A DNA stretch of 64,000 nucleotides. It comes from Convolutriloba macropyga. Its lineage: Eukaryota. A program made the translations under genes and the position numbers. The stretch lies in assembly GCF_964194025.1 (NCBI RefSeq), contig NC_134475.1, positions 8,184,001-8,248,000 on the forward strand, given 5' to 3'. Shown here piece after piece: positions 1 through 12,193 of the stretch. Each line of letters begins with the position of its first letter. The first letter of the stretch is position 1. The notes below the pieces were generated by a model that made no database searches, had not been told where the DNA came from, and worked only from the letters and a program-made list of their open reading frames with translations.

Positions 1-471
1 TGTTTTACTTGTGACTCAAGGGAGCAGACTAATGGTTTACTATTGCTTCTAGTCCTTTTTATTCAAAAGCTATGCTCAAATCTTCTTTTTAAATCAGTTG
101 CTGTGGAATCTTGAACCAGCCGTTCGAGTTTAGTTTTATTTGGTGGTCGAACTTATATAAGGATGCTGAATTCCCTGTCCACAGATGCGTTAAAAATCAA
201 CTCAGGACAATTAATTAATATGATATCCAGCCCGAGTCGAGGTTCGGTCAAAAAATGGTGTAAGACTAGCGGCGAAAAACAATTTCCATCGCTTAAACAC
301 TTTTTTTCACCGCATTCATTGCATTGAGCGCGAATCTTGCACTTTTTTCTCAAATTAACCGCAAATCTTACCTCTTAGCGATTTTTAGCGGTGGCACCTC
401 GACCCGGGAGGTGGCTTTTTAAGTCTCTGACCAATTGTAGTTAACTGCGCTCCACGAGATTTTCAAGTACA

Positions 472-632
472 AAGTTACCTATGATCAGACTATCGTGCGT
501 TCAAAGTTGCATACGTCCAGACTATCGTGCGTTCAATTTTGCTTATGTCCAGATTATCGTGCGTTCAAAATTGCTTATGTCCAGACTATCGTGCGTTCAA
601 AATTGCTTATGTCCAGACAATCGTGCGTTCAT
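472..632. repeat. 32-bp minisatellite, ~5 copies (unit ~ttgcttatgtccagactatcgtgcgttcaaaa)
   Basis: Directly visible head-to-tail units containing 'cagactatcgtgcgttca'; no unique spacers. Confidence 0.9.
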
Positions 633-769
633 TTTTTTTCCAGACCGTGTAATTTTGAGCGCACGGCGCCACCTGGTGCGTTCATTTCGGTCTGGACATA
701 TCGACTTTCGGTCTGGCACCTCAACCTGGGTGGCGTGATCGAAACCTGACGACTGAAAACGTTGCTATT

Positions 770-960
770 CAGCCAATGTCCCTCACAAATATTGAAATTT
801 CAATATTTTCAATATTTACAATTTCAAAAAAATGCGCTCTAATCAAGACAATTGCGAGCAACATTATTTAATTAATGTCGCTAACAATTGTCTTGATTAG
901 GGTGCTTTTTTTATTAATATCTTGCAAACATTGCCGATAGGAAGAGGGGCAAATGACTGT
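770..960. mobile_element. Palindromic MITE-like/foldback element
   Basis: Inner arms gcgctctaatcaagacaattg (~835-855) and caattgtcttgattagggtgc (~885-905) are near-perfect reverse complements. Outer ends cagccaatgtccctc / gaggggcaaatgactg also pair. Confidence 0.55.
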
Positions 961-1063
961 ACGGGTTAGCTTTTGTGGAAAAATAGATACCAGGTATGAG
1001 GTTTTTTTGTAGCTGTCTGAGTCTATCTGGATAAGTACCTGATGTCTCCGTACATTTGGTAAC

Positions 1064-1424
1064 TGTTTATGCTCTTCGGGCAAAGTCTTGCATACTAAAT
1101 CAACTTTTCATTAATATTTGTATTTCTGAAAGTCGCAAACATGGTAGCAAACCAACCTCTATAAATACATCATAATTCGCGCCATTGGCACACAAGTTGT
1201 GGTTAAAAACAGGAAATCCCTTACTATAAATAATATTGAAGGTGAATGTCAACCACTTCTGACTTCTGCAATAAAAACAACTTAATTAAATAGCTTCAAT
1301 GGAAATAAGTTGGGGGAATGGAAATCAGGAAATGAATGGATTTTGGAGGACGAAAGTGTAGGTGGGGGGAGGAAAATGAGGGTGTGTGGGGAGATAAAAT
1401 ATAAAGGAACTTGGTTCCGTTACA
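1064..1424 (-). repeat. 3' LTR of BEL/Pao element
   Basis: tgtttatgctcttcggg...ttggttccgttaca; roughly 23 mismatches versus 8303-8663 by manual count (~94% identity). Short purine-rich 'gccgggag' lies immediately inside on the - strand. Confidence 0.93.
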
Positions 1425-1553
1425 CTCCCGGCAACAAATAGCAACATTTGAAACGAAAATGTAAACAATAAAATAAAGCACAAAAAGTTTTTTTTCTGAT
1501 ATTGAGTTTTTTATGTGGGTATGTGTGTGTGTGTGTTTCAATGAACTTGTTTC

Positions 1554-3022
1554 AGTGACCCTCCAGCGAACTTGACAATTGCGGGAATACACGGCATAGG
1601 GTTACTGCTGGTCTCTGTACCATTTCTGTAGACCTCTGGATGTCGAAGCTCCTGGCTGTTCAGTCTGAACCTTTGTGTGCTTTCACAGTCCTCCCGAGAG
1701 GCCAGATGCCTCTGGGTGTAAAGTCCTTGAGCACCCACACAATGTCACCTTCATCCAGCTCCTCATTTGATCTTTGCCACTTTGTTCTCTTGTTGAGCTC
1801 AGGAAAACTCCTTCAGCAGCCTGCTCCAGTAGTGATCAAGTAGTGTCTGCGTCAACTTGAAATCCTTAGAGGAGAACCGCTGGCTGCTGTTCACAAGAAA
1901 TTTCAAACATATGTGAGGTCTGCGAAGAAAGAAGTGATTCGGAGTAAGTGGTCCCTCATCTGAGATGCTGCAGCCCACATGAGTTAATGGCCTGGAGTTC
2001 AGAATTGCCTCGGCCTCTGCCACATCTGTCTGAAAAACTGAGAGTGTTGGTTTCTGACTGCCCAGCACTATTAGTAGACTCCTCTTCGCGGTCTGTATCA
2101 GCCTCTCCCAGACTCCTCCGAAGTGTGGTGCCAATGGAGGATTGAAAGTCCCCTGAAATTTTTGTTGATCCATTTGCAGTCTGATGTACTCGTTGTCTGG
2201 CTTGTAGGTTCTTTGGAACTTCAACTTCATTGCTTGGTTGTTTCCAATGAAGTTTTTGCCATTGTCACTCACAATGAGGTCAAGGTATCCACGTCGTGAT
2301 ACAAATCTGCAAATGGTCATGAGAAGACAATCGGTTGAGAGGTCATGGCACTCTTCTAGGTGGACAGCTCTTGTGACCAGGCATGTGAACAGGCAGACGC
2401 AGTGCATCTGGGTGCCCTCTCTCTTGCCCTCAATATAGAATAGTCCAAACATGTCCATTCCTGTTTTGACGAAGGGGTACTGCTTGTTTACATCTGGGAA
2501 ACTGAATTCAGGCAGGTCGGCCATCTTCGGTCTCACATTGTCAGCCCTCTATCGTCTGCAAATGAAACAGTATATCCCCAGACTTCTCAGCGCCTTTCTC
2601 GACCCAATCATCAGGAAAGTCTGCTGCAGGTGAGCTTTCACATGTTCCACGCCCTGATGGCCACAGTCATGGTGCGCCTTTTCAATCAACAGCCTTGCAT
2701 TTTTGCTCCTACTATGGAGAACGAGGGGATTTTTCGCACTGTAGGTTAGAGGTGCCTTGTTGAGACTTCCTCCCACCCTCAAGAGTCCGATGTCATCTAG
2801 AAAGGGAGTGAAGGGCATCAGCTTGTCTCCTTTCTCGAGATTGCTTCCCTTCAACAGTGTAGAAATTTTTCCTGAGAAAAATTCGTTATGGGACGTTTTG
2901 ATAAGGTAGTTCCTTGCCCCGTTCTCATCTGATGGAAAATTGTCAGCGTTGGAGGTCCCACGGGATTCGTTTTGTCTTCTAGTTCGGAGTTTTGCCTTGA
3001 AGCGTCTTATTGCCTGGAACAC
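1554..3022 (-). pseudogene. BEL/Pao integrase (HHCC zinc domain, DDE core, Pao C-terminal domain); frameshifted
   Basis: 'HHDCGH...CFICRR', 'TGMDMFG', 'FTCLVTRAVHLE', 'SDNGKNF', 'APHFGGVWERLI', 'LNSRPL', 'LTPNHF', then 'PRGIWPLGR' in another frame. Confidence 0.92.
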
Positions 3023-3122
3023 TATTCTAGTAGAGTTGAGTAGTCGACTCCATGTTGAAAATTTTTCAACCTCAATGACCGGCGTCTGAAGATGTGTCGC
3101 TTGTGTAGCGCATATGTGGGGA

Positions 3123-5222
3123 TCACTGTCCTCTGCAAAATTCCAGGAGTCTTGAGGTAGGTGTGCTTAAAAAGTCCCGTGGTTGAAGCCACAGATTTGG
3201 TATGTCTGATGGGATGAGGCCTCGTGTGCCGTGGTCAGCGGGATTCACCTTTCCAGGGATGTGTCTCCAATTGTGTGGGTTGGAATTCTCGTGAATTTTG
3301 GTCAATCTGTTGGCAATGTACATTTTCTGTCTTTGATTGGATTGTATCCATCCAAGTGTAGCCGTGCTATCTGTCCAAAAGTGATTTGAGGTTATGATTG
3401 TTGTCATCTCGCTCTCACAGAACCCAGCCAGCTCTGCTCCAAGTGTTGCTGCTTCCACTTCCAGTCTTGGAATGCTCAGCTGCTTGATCGGTTCCACCTT
3501 TGTTTTGCTGATCACAGATTTCGATGTGCAAGATCCATCGGCGTTGGTTGTCCTCAAATAAACTATGGCAGCAATTGCACTCATTGAGGCATCAGTGAAT
3601 GTGTGAAGTTGATGGGTCCCATTGGTGTTGGCAATCAAGCATCTAGGAATTTGGAATGAAGTCATGCTGTCGAGCTCATCCATCCACTCCTGTAGCTTTT
3701 GCTGGTAGCATTCTGACACAGGTTGATGCCCGTTCCTTCCCTCTTTAATGACTCTTTGGAGAATGCATCTAATTCTGATGGCAAAGGGTGAAATCACTCC
3801 AACTGGATCGAACAGAGAAGCTGCCATTGAAAGAACCTTTCTTTGAGTCATCTGTTGTCTCTTGTACAGAAGCTTTGGTTTTGCAAACATCAATTTGTCA
3901 GTTTTGGGGTCCCACGTCTGACCAAGGATTCTTTGGGCTTTCATTTCTGCCTTGTCCTCTTCCAGTAGGTTTTCTAATGCGGCTGGTTTGTCGCTCAGCA
4001 ACATCGTCAGATTGAATCCTCCTGTATGTAAAACAGTTTTGATCTCCTCTGCACTTCTGCGGGCCTCCCCTTCAGAAGAGTAGGTCTGCATGAAAACATC
4101 CATGTAGAACTGCTGCATGATTGATTTGTGCGCCTCTGAATGCTCTTGTTTTTTGTCCTTTGCACAATTCTGCAGAACAAAAATCGCACAAGAAGGTGAG
4201 CATGTGGCTCCGAAAATGAACCGATTGTATTTGAAGATCTTCTCCTTGCCATTATCTGTCCACAGAAAACGGAGATAGTCCTGGTTTTGTGGTTGGATGC
4301 CAATCTGCATGAACATCGCCTCGATGTCAGCTGTGATTGCCACTGAGTACTGTCTGAAGCGGAGAAGAAGGCCATGCAGGTTGCAGAGTAGATCCAGCCC
4401 TGTGACCAATGCATCATTGAGTGAGGTACCATTATATTTGGAAGCAGCATTTGTGACTCTGCGGATTTTGTCTGGTCTCTTTTTGTTCATCACTGGGTGA
4501 TGGGGAAGGTACCAAACAGAGTGTCTGCAACTGGGGTCTGCAGTTGTGATATAGTTTTTATCCAAATCTTTTTTGATTGTTTCCTCGTATCGGTCTCTCA
4601 AGTTTGTGTCCCTCTCCAGTCTCTGCTGCAGAGCGTGCCACTGAACTTTTGCCATGAAGTAGTTGTTAGGGAGTTTTTTCCATGGAAGTTCAATCTGGTA
4701 ACTGTCACCAATATGTTTTATGGTATCATTGAGGATGGACAGGGCTTCTTTGTCATCTGCAGATTGTCCCTTTGAAGAACACTGTTTGAAGTTAACTCCT
4801 TCAATTGTCCAGAAGAGTTGGAGAAAATCTTCATCTGTATAGTCTTGTTGTCTCCTGATATGATTGAAAAGTGTTATGCTTGTGCTGTTTGAATGTCCGA
4901 CCCTCTTCTGTGTGTACCTCTGAGGAATGGGCCCTGTCAGTGTCCAGCCAAGCAGAGTGTTGACTCCGTATGGGGTGCCAGTGGGTCCTGTTGTGAACTG
5001 TTTGGGAACCGTTGCTGTGAATGCATCTGCTCCAATCAGAATTCCGATCCGGTTGTCTCTGATTGTTGGAAATCTTGTGTTCTGGAGATGAGAGTGGTCT
5101 CTGCAGATCTCATTCAACATTTCAATTTGAACTCTGGGCATTCGAAACTCCTCCATTGCTGTTGCGTACACAGGGATTCTGATCACAGGACAATTGCTGC
5201 ACAAAGCTCTTATGCCGATCAA
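3123..5222 (-). pseudogene. BEL/Pao reverse transcriptase and RNase H (Pao 'peptidase A17' region)
   Basis: 'WYLPHHPV', 'ADIEAMF', 'YLRFLW', 'FGATCSP', 'FYMDV' (mutated YMDD), 'LHTFTDAS', 'SIPRLE', 'FWTDS', 'WRHIPGKVNPADHGTRG'. Confidence 0.93.
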
Positions 5223-5247
5223 GACATCTGCTGTTATAACTGAGTGT

Positions 5248-7409
5248 TCACCGTGAAGTGAAGCTAGTGGTAGGGTTATGTCTTTCGGTTGTTAAACTGT
5301 TGTCACTGCCACTGTCCAAAAAAGCGTAGGTTTCAATGCAAAGATCTCTGTTGAAAAGTGTTACTGGTATCGCCTGCAATTGTATCTGCGGTCTGATTAA
5401 TGAAGTTTCCTGTTGGTTGCTGCAGGTGTAGTTTTGTTGCGAAGTAGTTGCTTGCTGTTGGGCTACAGTGCGTTGATTGTTACTCTGCTGTCTGTTGACG
5501 CTGTACTGCGCGTTCATCGGCTGAGGGTGAAAACCACTTTTGTTCCAGTTGCCCCTGTGTGAAGTGCTGCTGTTAGATCCACTTCGCTTGTTCTGGTTTC
5601 CACTCTGTTGGTTGTAGTTTGAACTCGTCTGGTGCCTTTGGTTTTCATTATTAAAGTTACGTCTAAAGCTTGACTGGTTTTGCTTTTTTTGGTTTCTGAA
5701 GACATTGTTCTGTGAGATTTGATTCCAGTTCCCAATTGGTTGTGCATTTTGCTGCTGTTGCCTTGCATCTGTCCTATGGAGCGTTGAGTGATGGAAGCCA
5801 TTGCATCTGTCCACAAGGCACCTTGTTTTCGTTTGGCAGAGACCCTTTTCGTGAGCTCTTAGACAGTTAGGGCAGAGATTGATTCTCCTCACACTACCCT
5901 GTCGGTCATATACTGACTTTTCCAAGTATTCGGGACAACGACCAAGGTTGTGGTTTTGTGAGCTGAGTTGACATGACACATCTGGTGGCCCCCTTCTAGA
6001 AAAAGTGTTCACTCTGGTTCTCTGGTTCCGTTGTGGGGAGATGTTCTCGCACGCCTCTGCGTAGGAGTCAATCCAATCAGCAAAGTGGGTAAGGTTAGGT
6101 TGCAGCAAGCCTTGGCTTCTTGTGTGCTGATTCCATCTGATTATCATGTTAGGGTTCAGTTTGTCTCTGGCCATTCTCAAGACAGCTGAAGACTTCAAAT
6201 CAGCTTCAAAGTTGTGGAGCCGGAAGGTTTGTACAAGTCTCTTCAAGAAAGACGAGAAGCTCACAAAAGAGTTTGGTTCGTCTAATCTGGGTTTTGGCCA
6301 TTTCTCTAATTGATCCAGGTATGCAGCGAGAATATGCTGTGGTTTGCCAAACTTTTTGGTCAGTTCAGCGATGGCTTCATGGTAGTAATCACCATTGTAG
6401 GAGTATCCACTTATGGAACCTCCTGCTTTATGTGTTACAGCGTTTTGGAGGTATGTCATTTTTTGGGCGTCTGAGAGGCCACTGTTGTTGTGAATGGTTG
6501 CTTTGAAGAAACTGAACCATTGATGCCATTTCAGAGGGTCACCTGTGAAATTGTCAATTGAAGTCTTAGGCAAACTCAATGTGTTCTGTATCATCAGTGC
6601 TTGGTGTTGCATCCAGTCTGGTGGGAAACTCGGAAAGCTATTGTATAGGTTGTTGTTATAGCCGTTTTTATTGCGTCCATCACGTCCACTGAAATTGTTC
6701 ACTGGTAGTTGATTGATTTGCGGTGTGTACCTATGGCTTATGGTTGGAGCAGCTTGGTTATTGTTGTGAAAAGAACATGGTTGTTGCAAATGCCCTGCTC
6801 TGCTGTCCTCAATTTCAAGTAGGCTCTGTCGTTGAACATTGTTCTCTTCTCTCGATCGTTCATCTGTTCTCAGTGCCCTGTGAGAAATTCCCGGTTCCTT
6901 CCTTTCTCTTCAATGTTCAGAGTGGGATGAGAACTATCAGGGTCCTCTGATTCGGACGAGTCAGCTTTGTTACTTTACTGGTTGTTGCGGCTTGCGAAAT
7001 GATGTTTCATTGCTCTATTGCAAAAAGGGTACTGTTTCCTTAATAGATTAGGGGAAGGCGCTGCTGATGTGTTAAAAGCGGATTTAGAGTCACTTGCATC
7101 TTTACTGTGTATTTTTGCTCTCGGTTTGCATTTCAGCATGGTTATGTTTCTTTCGGCAGATTCATTAGCAAGTGCTTTCAACTCTTCACTTGTCAGCTGT
7201 AGCTTCATGAGTTCATTGCAACTTCTGTCTAACTGCTCTTTTTGAGACCTTAACAGTTTCAAAGTTTCAAGTAGTATGCTTAGACCTTCGTTACTATTGC
7301 TTTGTTCTTCGAAGAGGTCTCTTACTGCGTTCCACTCTATCACTTTCAACTGAAGTTGTTGCTTTAGGCTGTTCTTTGCTGCTGATGATGCTTTGGATTT
7401 GTTTGGCAT
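5248..7409 (-). pseudogene. BEL/Pao gag (DUF1759-type capsid domain, three Cys/His knuckles) plus aspartic protease start; frameshifted
   Basis: ORFs 6975-7409 and 5248-6789: 'FTGDPLKWHQWFSFFKATIH...LSDAQKMTYL', 'CPNCLRAHEKGLC', 'CLVDRCNGFHHSTLH', protease 'YAFLDSGSDNS'. Confidence 0.9.
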
Positions 7410-8280
7410 ATTGATTGTTTTAGAAGACTTTTCTTATTTTACAAAGTTTATACTGCACTGTTACTGCACTAAGTTTCCTTGTAACAGCCCTATTCTATCT
7501 TTTGTTTTGTTAAAACCTATTATTTAAATGAGGCTGTTGCTTACTGTGCTTAGATATTGTTTTTTGCTTATTGTTTGTTTTCTATGTTTTTGCTTGTCGC
7601 TATCACTAATCAGTGATGTTTGATACAGATGTGATGCTAATCAGAAGTTGCATAGAGTTAAACATTTCCACTAATCAGTGAAATTATTACAAACTTAGAT
7701 AAATGTGATGTTTACTTCGTTGCTTTTTTGTTTTTCGAGCGCGACTGAAAAAACTCTAACCTGTGGTGGCTAACTTTTGGTTATTGTGTGTGTCTACTGA
7801 CACTGGTGGGGGGATATCCTCACGTTCCTATAAACCTTAAGGTAGCAAGGGCATACCAGGCCCTGCAACTAATCCTAAGTTAATGTGTGTTAGTGGTGCT
7901 TTCAAAATTCACCTAGAGGAGGACCTACTCCTTTCAGAACTAATGCGGAAAGATACTATATTGATCCAACGATAACTAGACGCCTATTAAAATCCAACTT
8001 TTGAAATGAAGACTTTCAATTCTGCAAGTAAGGCTAGCCCATCTGTCGTGACTAGGCGTCACACGCAAGCATCCTTCTCAGGAGAACTCTCAAATCAGTC
8101 TTCACTTCTAGAGCCACATTAAAAATCAGTTGGATCTTTTGTGATTGTGATCTTTTTGATTAAAACATGTGAAGTTATCAAACCAGAGTTTAAATGTTCA
8201 AAGTGTCAAATGTCTAAGTTCCCCCCTATAAAATCAAAAATTCCCCAGTCTGAGTCGAGCAAGTTTCAAAGGTCCCTTTT

Positions 8281-8298
8281 AGACCCTATGATACGCCA
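8281..8298 (-). other. Putative primer-binding site (TGGCGTATCATAGGGTCT)
   Basis: TGG-starting 18-mer 4 nt inside the 5' LTR on the - strand; cognate tRNA not identified. Confidence 0.5.
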
Positions 8299-8302
8299 GA
8301 AA

Positions 8303-8663
8303 TGTTTATGCTCTTCGGGCTAAGTCTTGCATACCAAGACAATTTTTTATTAATATTTGTATTTCTGAAGGTCGCAAACATGGTAGCAAATCAACCTCTA
8401 TAAATACATCATAATTCGCGCCATTGGCACACAAGTTGTGGTTAAAAACGGGAAATCCCTTACTATAAATAATATTGAAAGTGAAGTTGAACCACTTCTG
8501 ACTTCTTCAATAAAATCAACTTAAATAAATAGCTTCAATGGAAATAGGTTGGGGGAATGGAAATCAGGAAATGAATGGGTTTTGGAGGACGAAAGTGTAG
8601 GTGGGAGGAGGAAAATGAAGGTGTTGGGGGAGATAAAATATAAAGGAACTTGGTTCCTTTACA
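8303..8663 (-). repeat. 5' LTR of BEL/Pao element
   Basis: tgtttatgctcttcggg...ttggttcctttaca, a direct repeat of 1064-1424. Confidence 0.93.
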
Positions 8664-8668
8664 GTATC

Positions 8669-8940
8669 TAAGTAAATTTCGACAGTTTCGAAAGCTGTTT
8701 TGAACTGAAGTAAGAACTTCTTTTTTGCCTTACCTCTTATTGTTTCACAGTAATTTCGAGGTTTGATAATTTTATTGAGGTTCTTCTGGGACCAACCAGG
8801 TGTCTGTCGAATTAAAACGATTTTGAAGTAGTCACAATTTACCATTACGTTTGCGACGTCCATGCGTTTGTGAATATCTAACCGGCTTCTTATATTGCAT
8901 AATAGCAGATGAACACAATTTTCAAGTTGATTTGCAAAGT
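8669..8940 (-). pseudogene. Older LINE apurinic-like endonuclease fragment interrupted by the BEL insertion (continues at ~960-1058)
   Basis: 'LLLCNIRSRLDIHKRMDVANVMVNCDY' resembles the ORF2 start of the CR1 in this window ('ILQL..SLLNIDRRPKLANAVEIGDY'). The frame continues across the TSD to 'GIYFSTKANPY', similar to 'LFYNPTKGSEY'. Confidence 0.5.
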
Positions 8941-9394
8941 CATTATCAGATTGGATCAATACTTTTGACTCTATCTCAATTTTTTCTCTTTCTTTTCGAA
9001 CAGTTTCAAGTCACCTGATTTGATTTCTTAATGTTCCAGCTCCGATCCGTTATCGGAGTTTTGCCAGAACGTCTTGTTTTGCTTTTGCGTCTTCGCCATT
9101 TGATTAGTTGCTCACGATCAATACTTTATCGTACCTATTGGGCTCGCTGACAGCAAAAAATAGCTTTTTTAAAAAAAATGTTTCCTATGATAGATTCCAA
9201 TTCGTTTTATGTCAGCTACCACACGTTCTGTTGAAAATCTCTTGGCTTGCATTCCTCCATACCTCTCATTTGGGTGCTCTCAGTTTTGGGGTCAGCAATA
9301 AAGTTTGCCTCTATGCTTGGAGGATAAAGCTATTGTGTAACTTATTTGTATATTAAAAAGTTTTATGTAGCTATTCGGTCCCGAGTCGAGATGT

Positions 9395-9555
9395 AAGCGC
9401 TGTTTCAGCGCATTATTTTGTAAGAAATGCTTATTTTATGTAACAAGTTAGCTGAATTCGCTGAAATGCGCTAAAATGAGCTCAAATGCGCTGATTTTTC
9501 AAATTTTTCAGCGCAAAAATCTTATATAAAATTACGCTGAATTGCGCTGAAACTT
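9395..9555. repeat. Cluster of short gcgctgaa/ttcagcgc motifs in both orientations (probable non-autonomous DNA transposon remnant)
   Basis: About 8 copies of (g)cgctga(a)-like words within 160 bp. Confidence 0.35.
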
Positions 9556-12166
9556 TTTCTTTACTGAAAATGCAAGTCATTTTCAGTAAAGAACCCCCCA
9601 CCACTCTTGGTACTCAAATAACTTGTGGCAATTTTGTGAAGACCGCGGCAACAAATTGCGAGTGTTCAGTGTTTCTGTATAATTCTGTTCAGGACAATAC
9701 ACAGTCCATTGAGTTCTTTTTTAAACATTTTTTTTACAATTAACAAATATTACTGACAAAAGAATGTAAATGGGGTTATTTTTCGTGATATTTTGCTTTT
9801 TAATTTTGAGGCACTATTCAATGACCTTGGAAAATCATTGATCACAATTATGACAAAAGTGTAGCGGCGTTCCTTTGATGTTTAAAAATTTCCATTTCGT
9901 GGCAATTAAAATTCTTCTACTATCCGAAAAACCGCTTTTATGGTCTTTCCCAAAATAGCATGCCAGTACCCCTTTCAAATTTTTGAGCTTAACGTTTTTA
10001 TTCAGCGAACTTTTTTTCAACAGTATTTTTTATTTATCTGCTCTCTTAAAGAACAGTTTAATATCATTTGGGTCATTTGGTCCCATTCTAGCATTGCTGA
10101 GATTTTAATTTAATTATTATTAATTTTTCTTCAAAATGACTCAGCTCATAATTTTCAATTCCAAGCAATTTTCTTTCTATCATTTTCAATTTTATTTGGT
10201 TTTGAATACAAAAAGTTTTTTAGAGGTCGTTCGTGGCGTATTGTACGGCTGGGTAGCAATGCTTGGACTTTGTTTTATAATTTCTTTTATTGTCTAATAA
10301 TGTTCATAAGAATTCAACGAGCTCAAAATGAAAGAAAGTAATCAATTGCTGTTCAAACCAAAAATGACGTCATAGGAAAAAAGAGAATCACGTTTTGAGT
10401 TCAACAGAAACATTGAAGCAACGAAAAAATGGGACTTAATTGCGTAAGGTATAGCTAGTTAGAACACAGATTAAACAAATTGTCTTTTGCTCCGAATCGA
10501 AAAAGTACTAACGAATTACGCTTTTAGCCAGATCAGAATCAGAATAGGCCATTTGGAATAAACTAATGTGAAAATTTGTTTATATTAACTCAGTTTTTCT
10601 CTGTGTACATTGAAAAATGCCTACAAAACGTTCTTCTGTGAGTAAAATTTGTAGCACGTTTTAAAAAATTAAAGCTCACTCCAACGAAAGTCTCAGCAAA
10701 CCATTTTTTTATAACCTAGGCCAAGAATTGGGAAGCTTTTTAGGTCACTTCATGACTATCAGTAGAAAAAACCTGAAAAAACTTTCATCAGTTGAAAACA
10801 ACGAGAGTTGATTACTTATGAGTAGTCGAGAGATGGCTTCAGCTTCAGATGACAGCAGCATTGACTGTCCATCACACGAAATCTATGAATTCATTTTAGA
10901 ACAACATCTTGTTGAAGAAATTCCTGTTTTAAAATCTTGATGAAAAGGTTAATAACCAATCTATGTGAATAGAGATTATGGTTGGTTTCAAAAATTCAAA
11001 GGTAAAAATAAAGACAAAATTAAAAATAACAAAAGAGAACATGACAAATTAATGAAGACGAAATTGTTTACAATATACAAAATGATTACATCACTAAACA
11101 AAATTGCTTTACCTTTCAGAAAAAAGGAGTTTAAAAAGAAAGCACATATAGAGACAGTTTTGCTCCATGTGTTAAAAATGTCAAACGTTGTGTTGTGGTT
11201 GCAATTGTATGAAATTTGCACAAATTTTGCATCTTTTGATGTGGTCTTTGTATCGCTTATTGATACTTTTCTCCCAAAAAAATTATTTTTGACTGGTCTA
11301 GCCAGAGAATCTCTTTTTAAATAGTATTTAGTGATCAGGATATCAATATCAGATGTTCTTCGGGTTCTCTGCTTGGAGAAATTTTTGTGAGTGCAATGCT
11401 GATTTATCAATCTGTCATCCAGAAGACAGATTCAACAATCTGTTTTCTGAAGGTTTTATTGATGACAAACTACATTTGTAGCTCTGTTTTCATCTGCATT
11501 TAATAGCAAGTTCAGTTAGACTTCGAGTTTTGGCTGAATTGATTCGTTGACTGAAGTGATTCGTTTTGTCAAAAATTAAAAAAAATTATTGGCTTTTGGA
11601 ATTGTTCAAAGAAAAGGGTAGTTGTGACATTTCTTGGAAAAGTTTGCGTTAGTTCTTCACTTGGATACGTTGATTTCAAATATTGAAATATTTCGAGAAC
11701 CAAATCAAAAAAGAAATATCCAGAAAACTCGAAACTGACATGAAAACAGAAATGAAAAAAAAATCATTGAAAAGCTTAGAAAAACTCAAAATCGTACTTG
11801 ACGCAAAATTACTCAAACAATTTTATCAACGGTTCCAAACTCATCTTTCTAACCGTAGATAACCTACCTACTAGAAACATCAGACTGGTTGCAGTAGGGG
11901 CTGCACAACCGGAAAGCAATTCTAGCCAAGTACTATATTTTATTTAACGTCTCCTTTTTTTCTTTATTCGATTTTTCTTTATCGATCTTTTATTCCTTTA
12001 TAATTGTACTTGGTTTTAGGAGGAGAGTGCGTGCATGACAGTTACCGTAAGTGAAAATCATTCCCTTTTCTGGTTTGCCGTGCTCCTGTTTATTCGCAAG
12101 GGGACTGAATTTCAATTCCTTCTGTGATCCGATTTTCTTCTCCTTTTTTGAAGATGTGTTTTTAAA

Positions 12167-12193
12167 CATATATATATATATATATATATATAT
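12167..12193. repeat. (TA)n microsatellite
   Basis: Directly visible. Confidence 0.95.

Larger units (their letters stand above)
1064..8663 (-). mobile_element. Full-length decayed BEL/Pao LTR retrotransposon
   Basis: Two 361-bp TG...CA direct repeats; flanks gtaac (1059-1063) and gtatc (8664-8668), 4/5 TSD match; internal order gag-PR-RT-RNaseH-IN with Pao-specific motifs. Confidence 0.96.

Noticed and set aside
472-632. CRISPR-like 32-bp repeats
   Set aside because: Units are contiguous with no unique spacers, there are no cas genes, and the context is eukaryotic.
7410-8280. env-like or extra ORF in the BEL element
   Set aside because: No substantial ORF here or between the integrase and the 3' LTR; this is the 5' leader.
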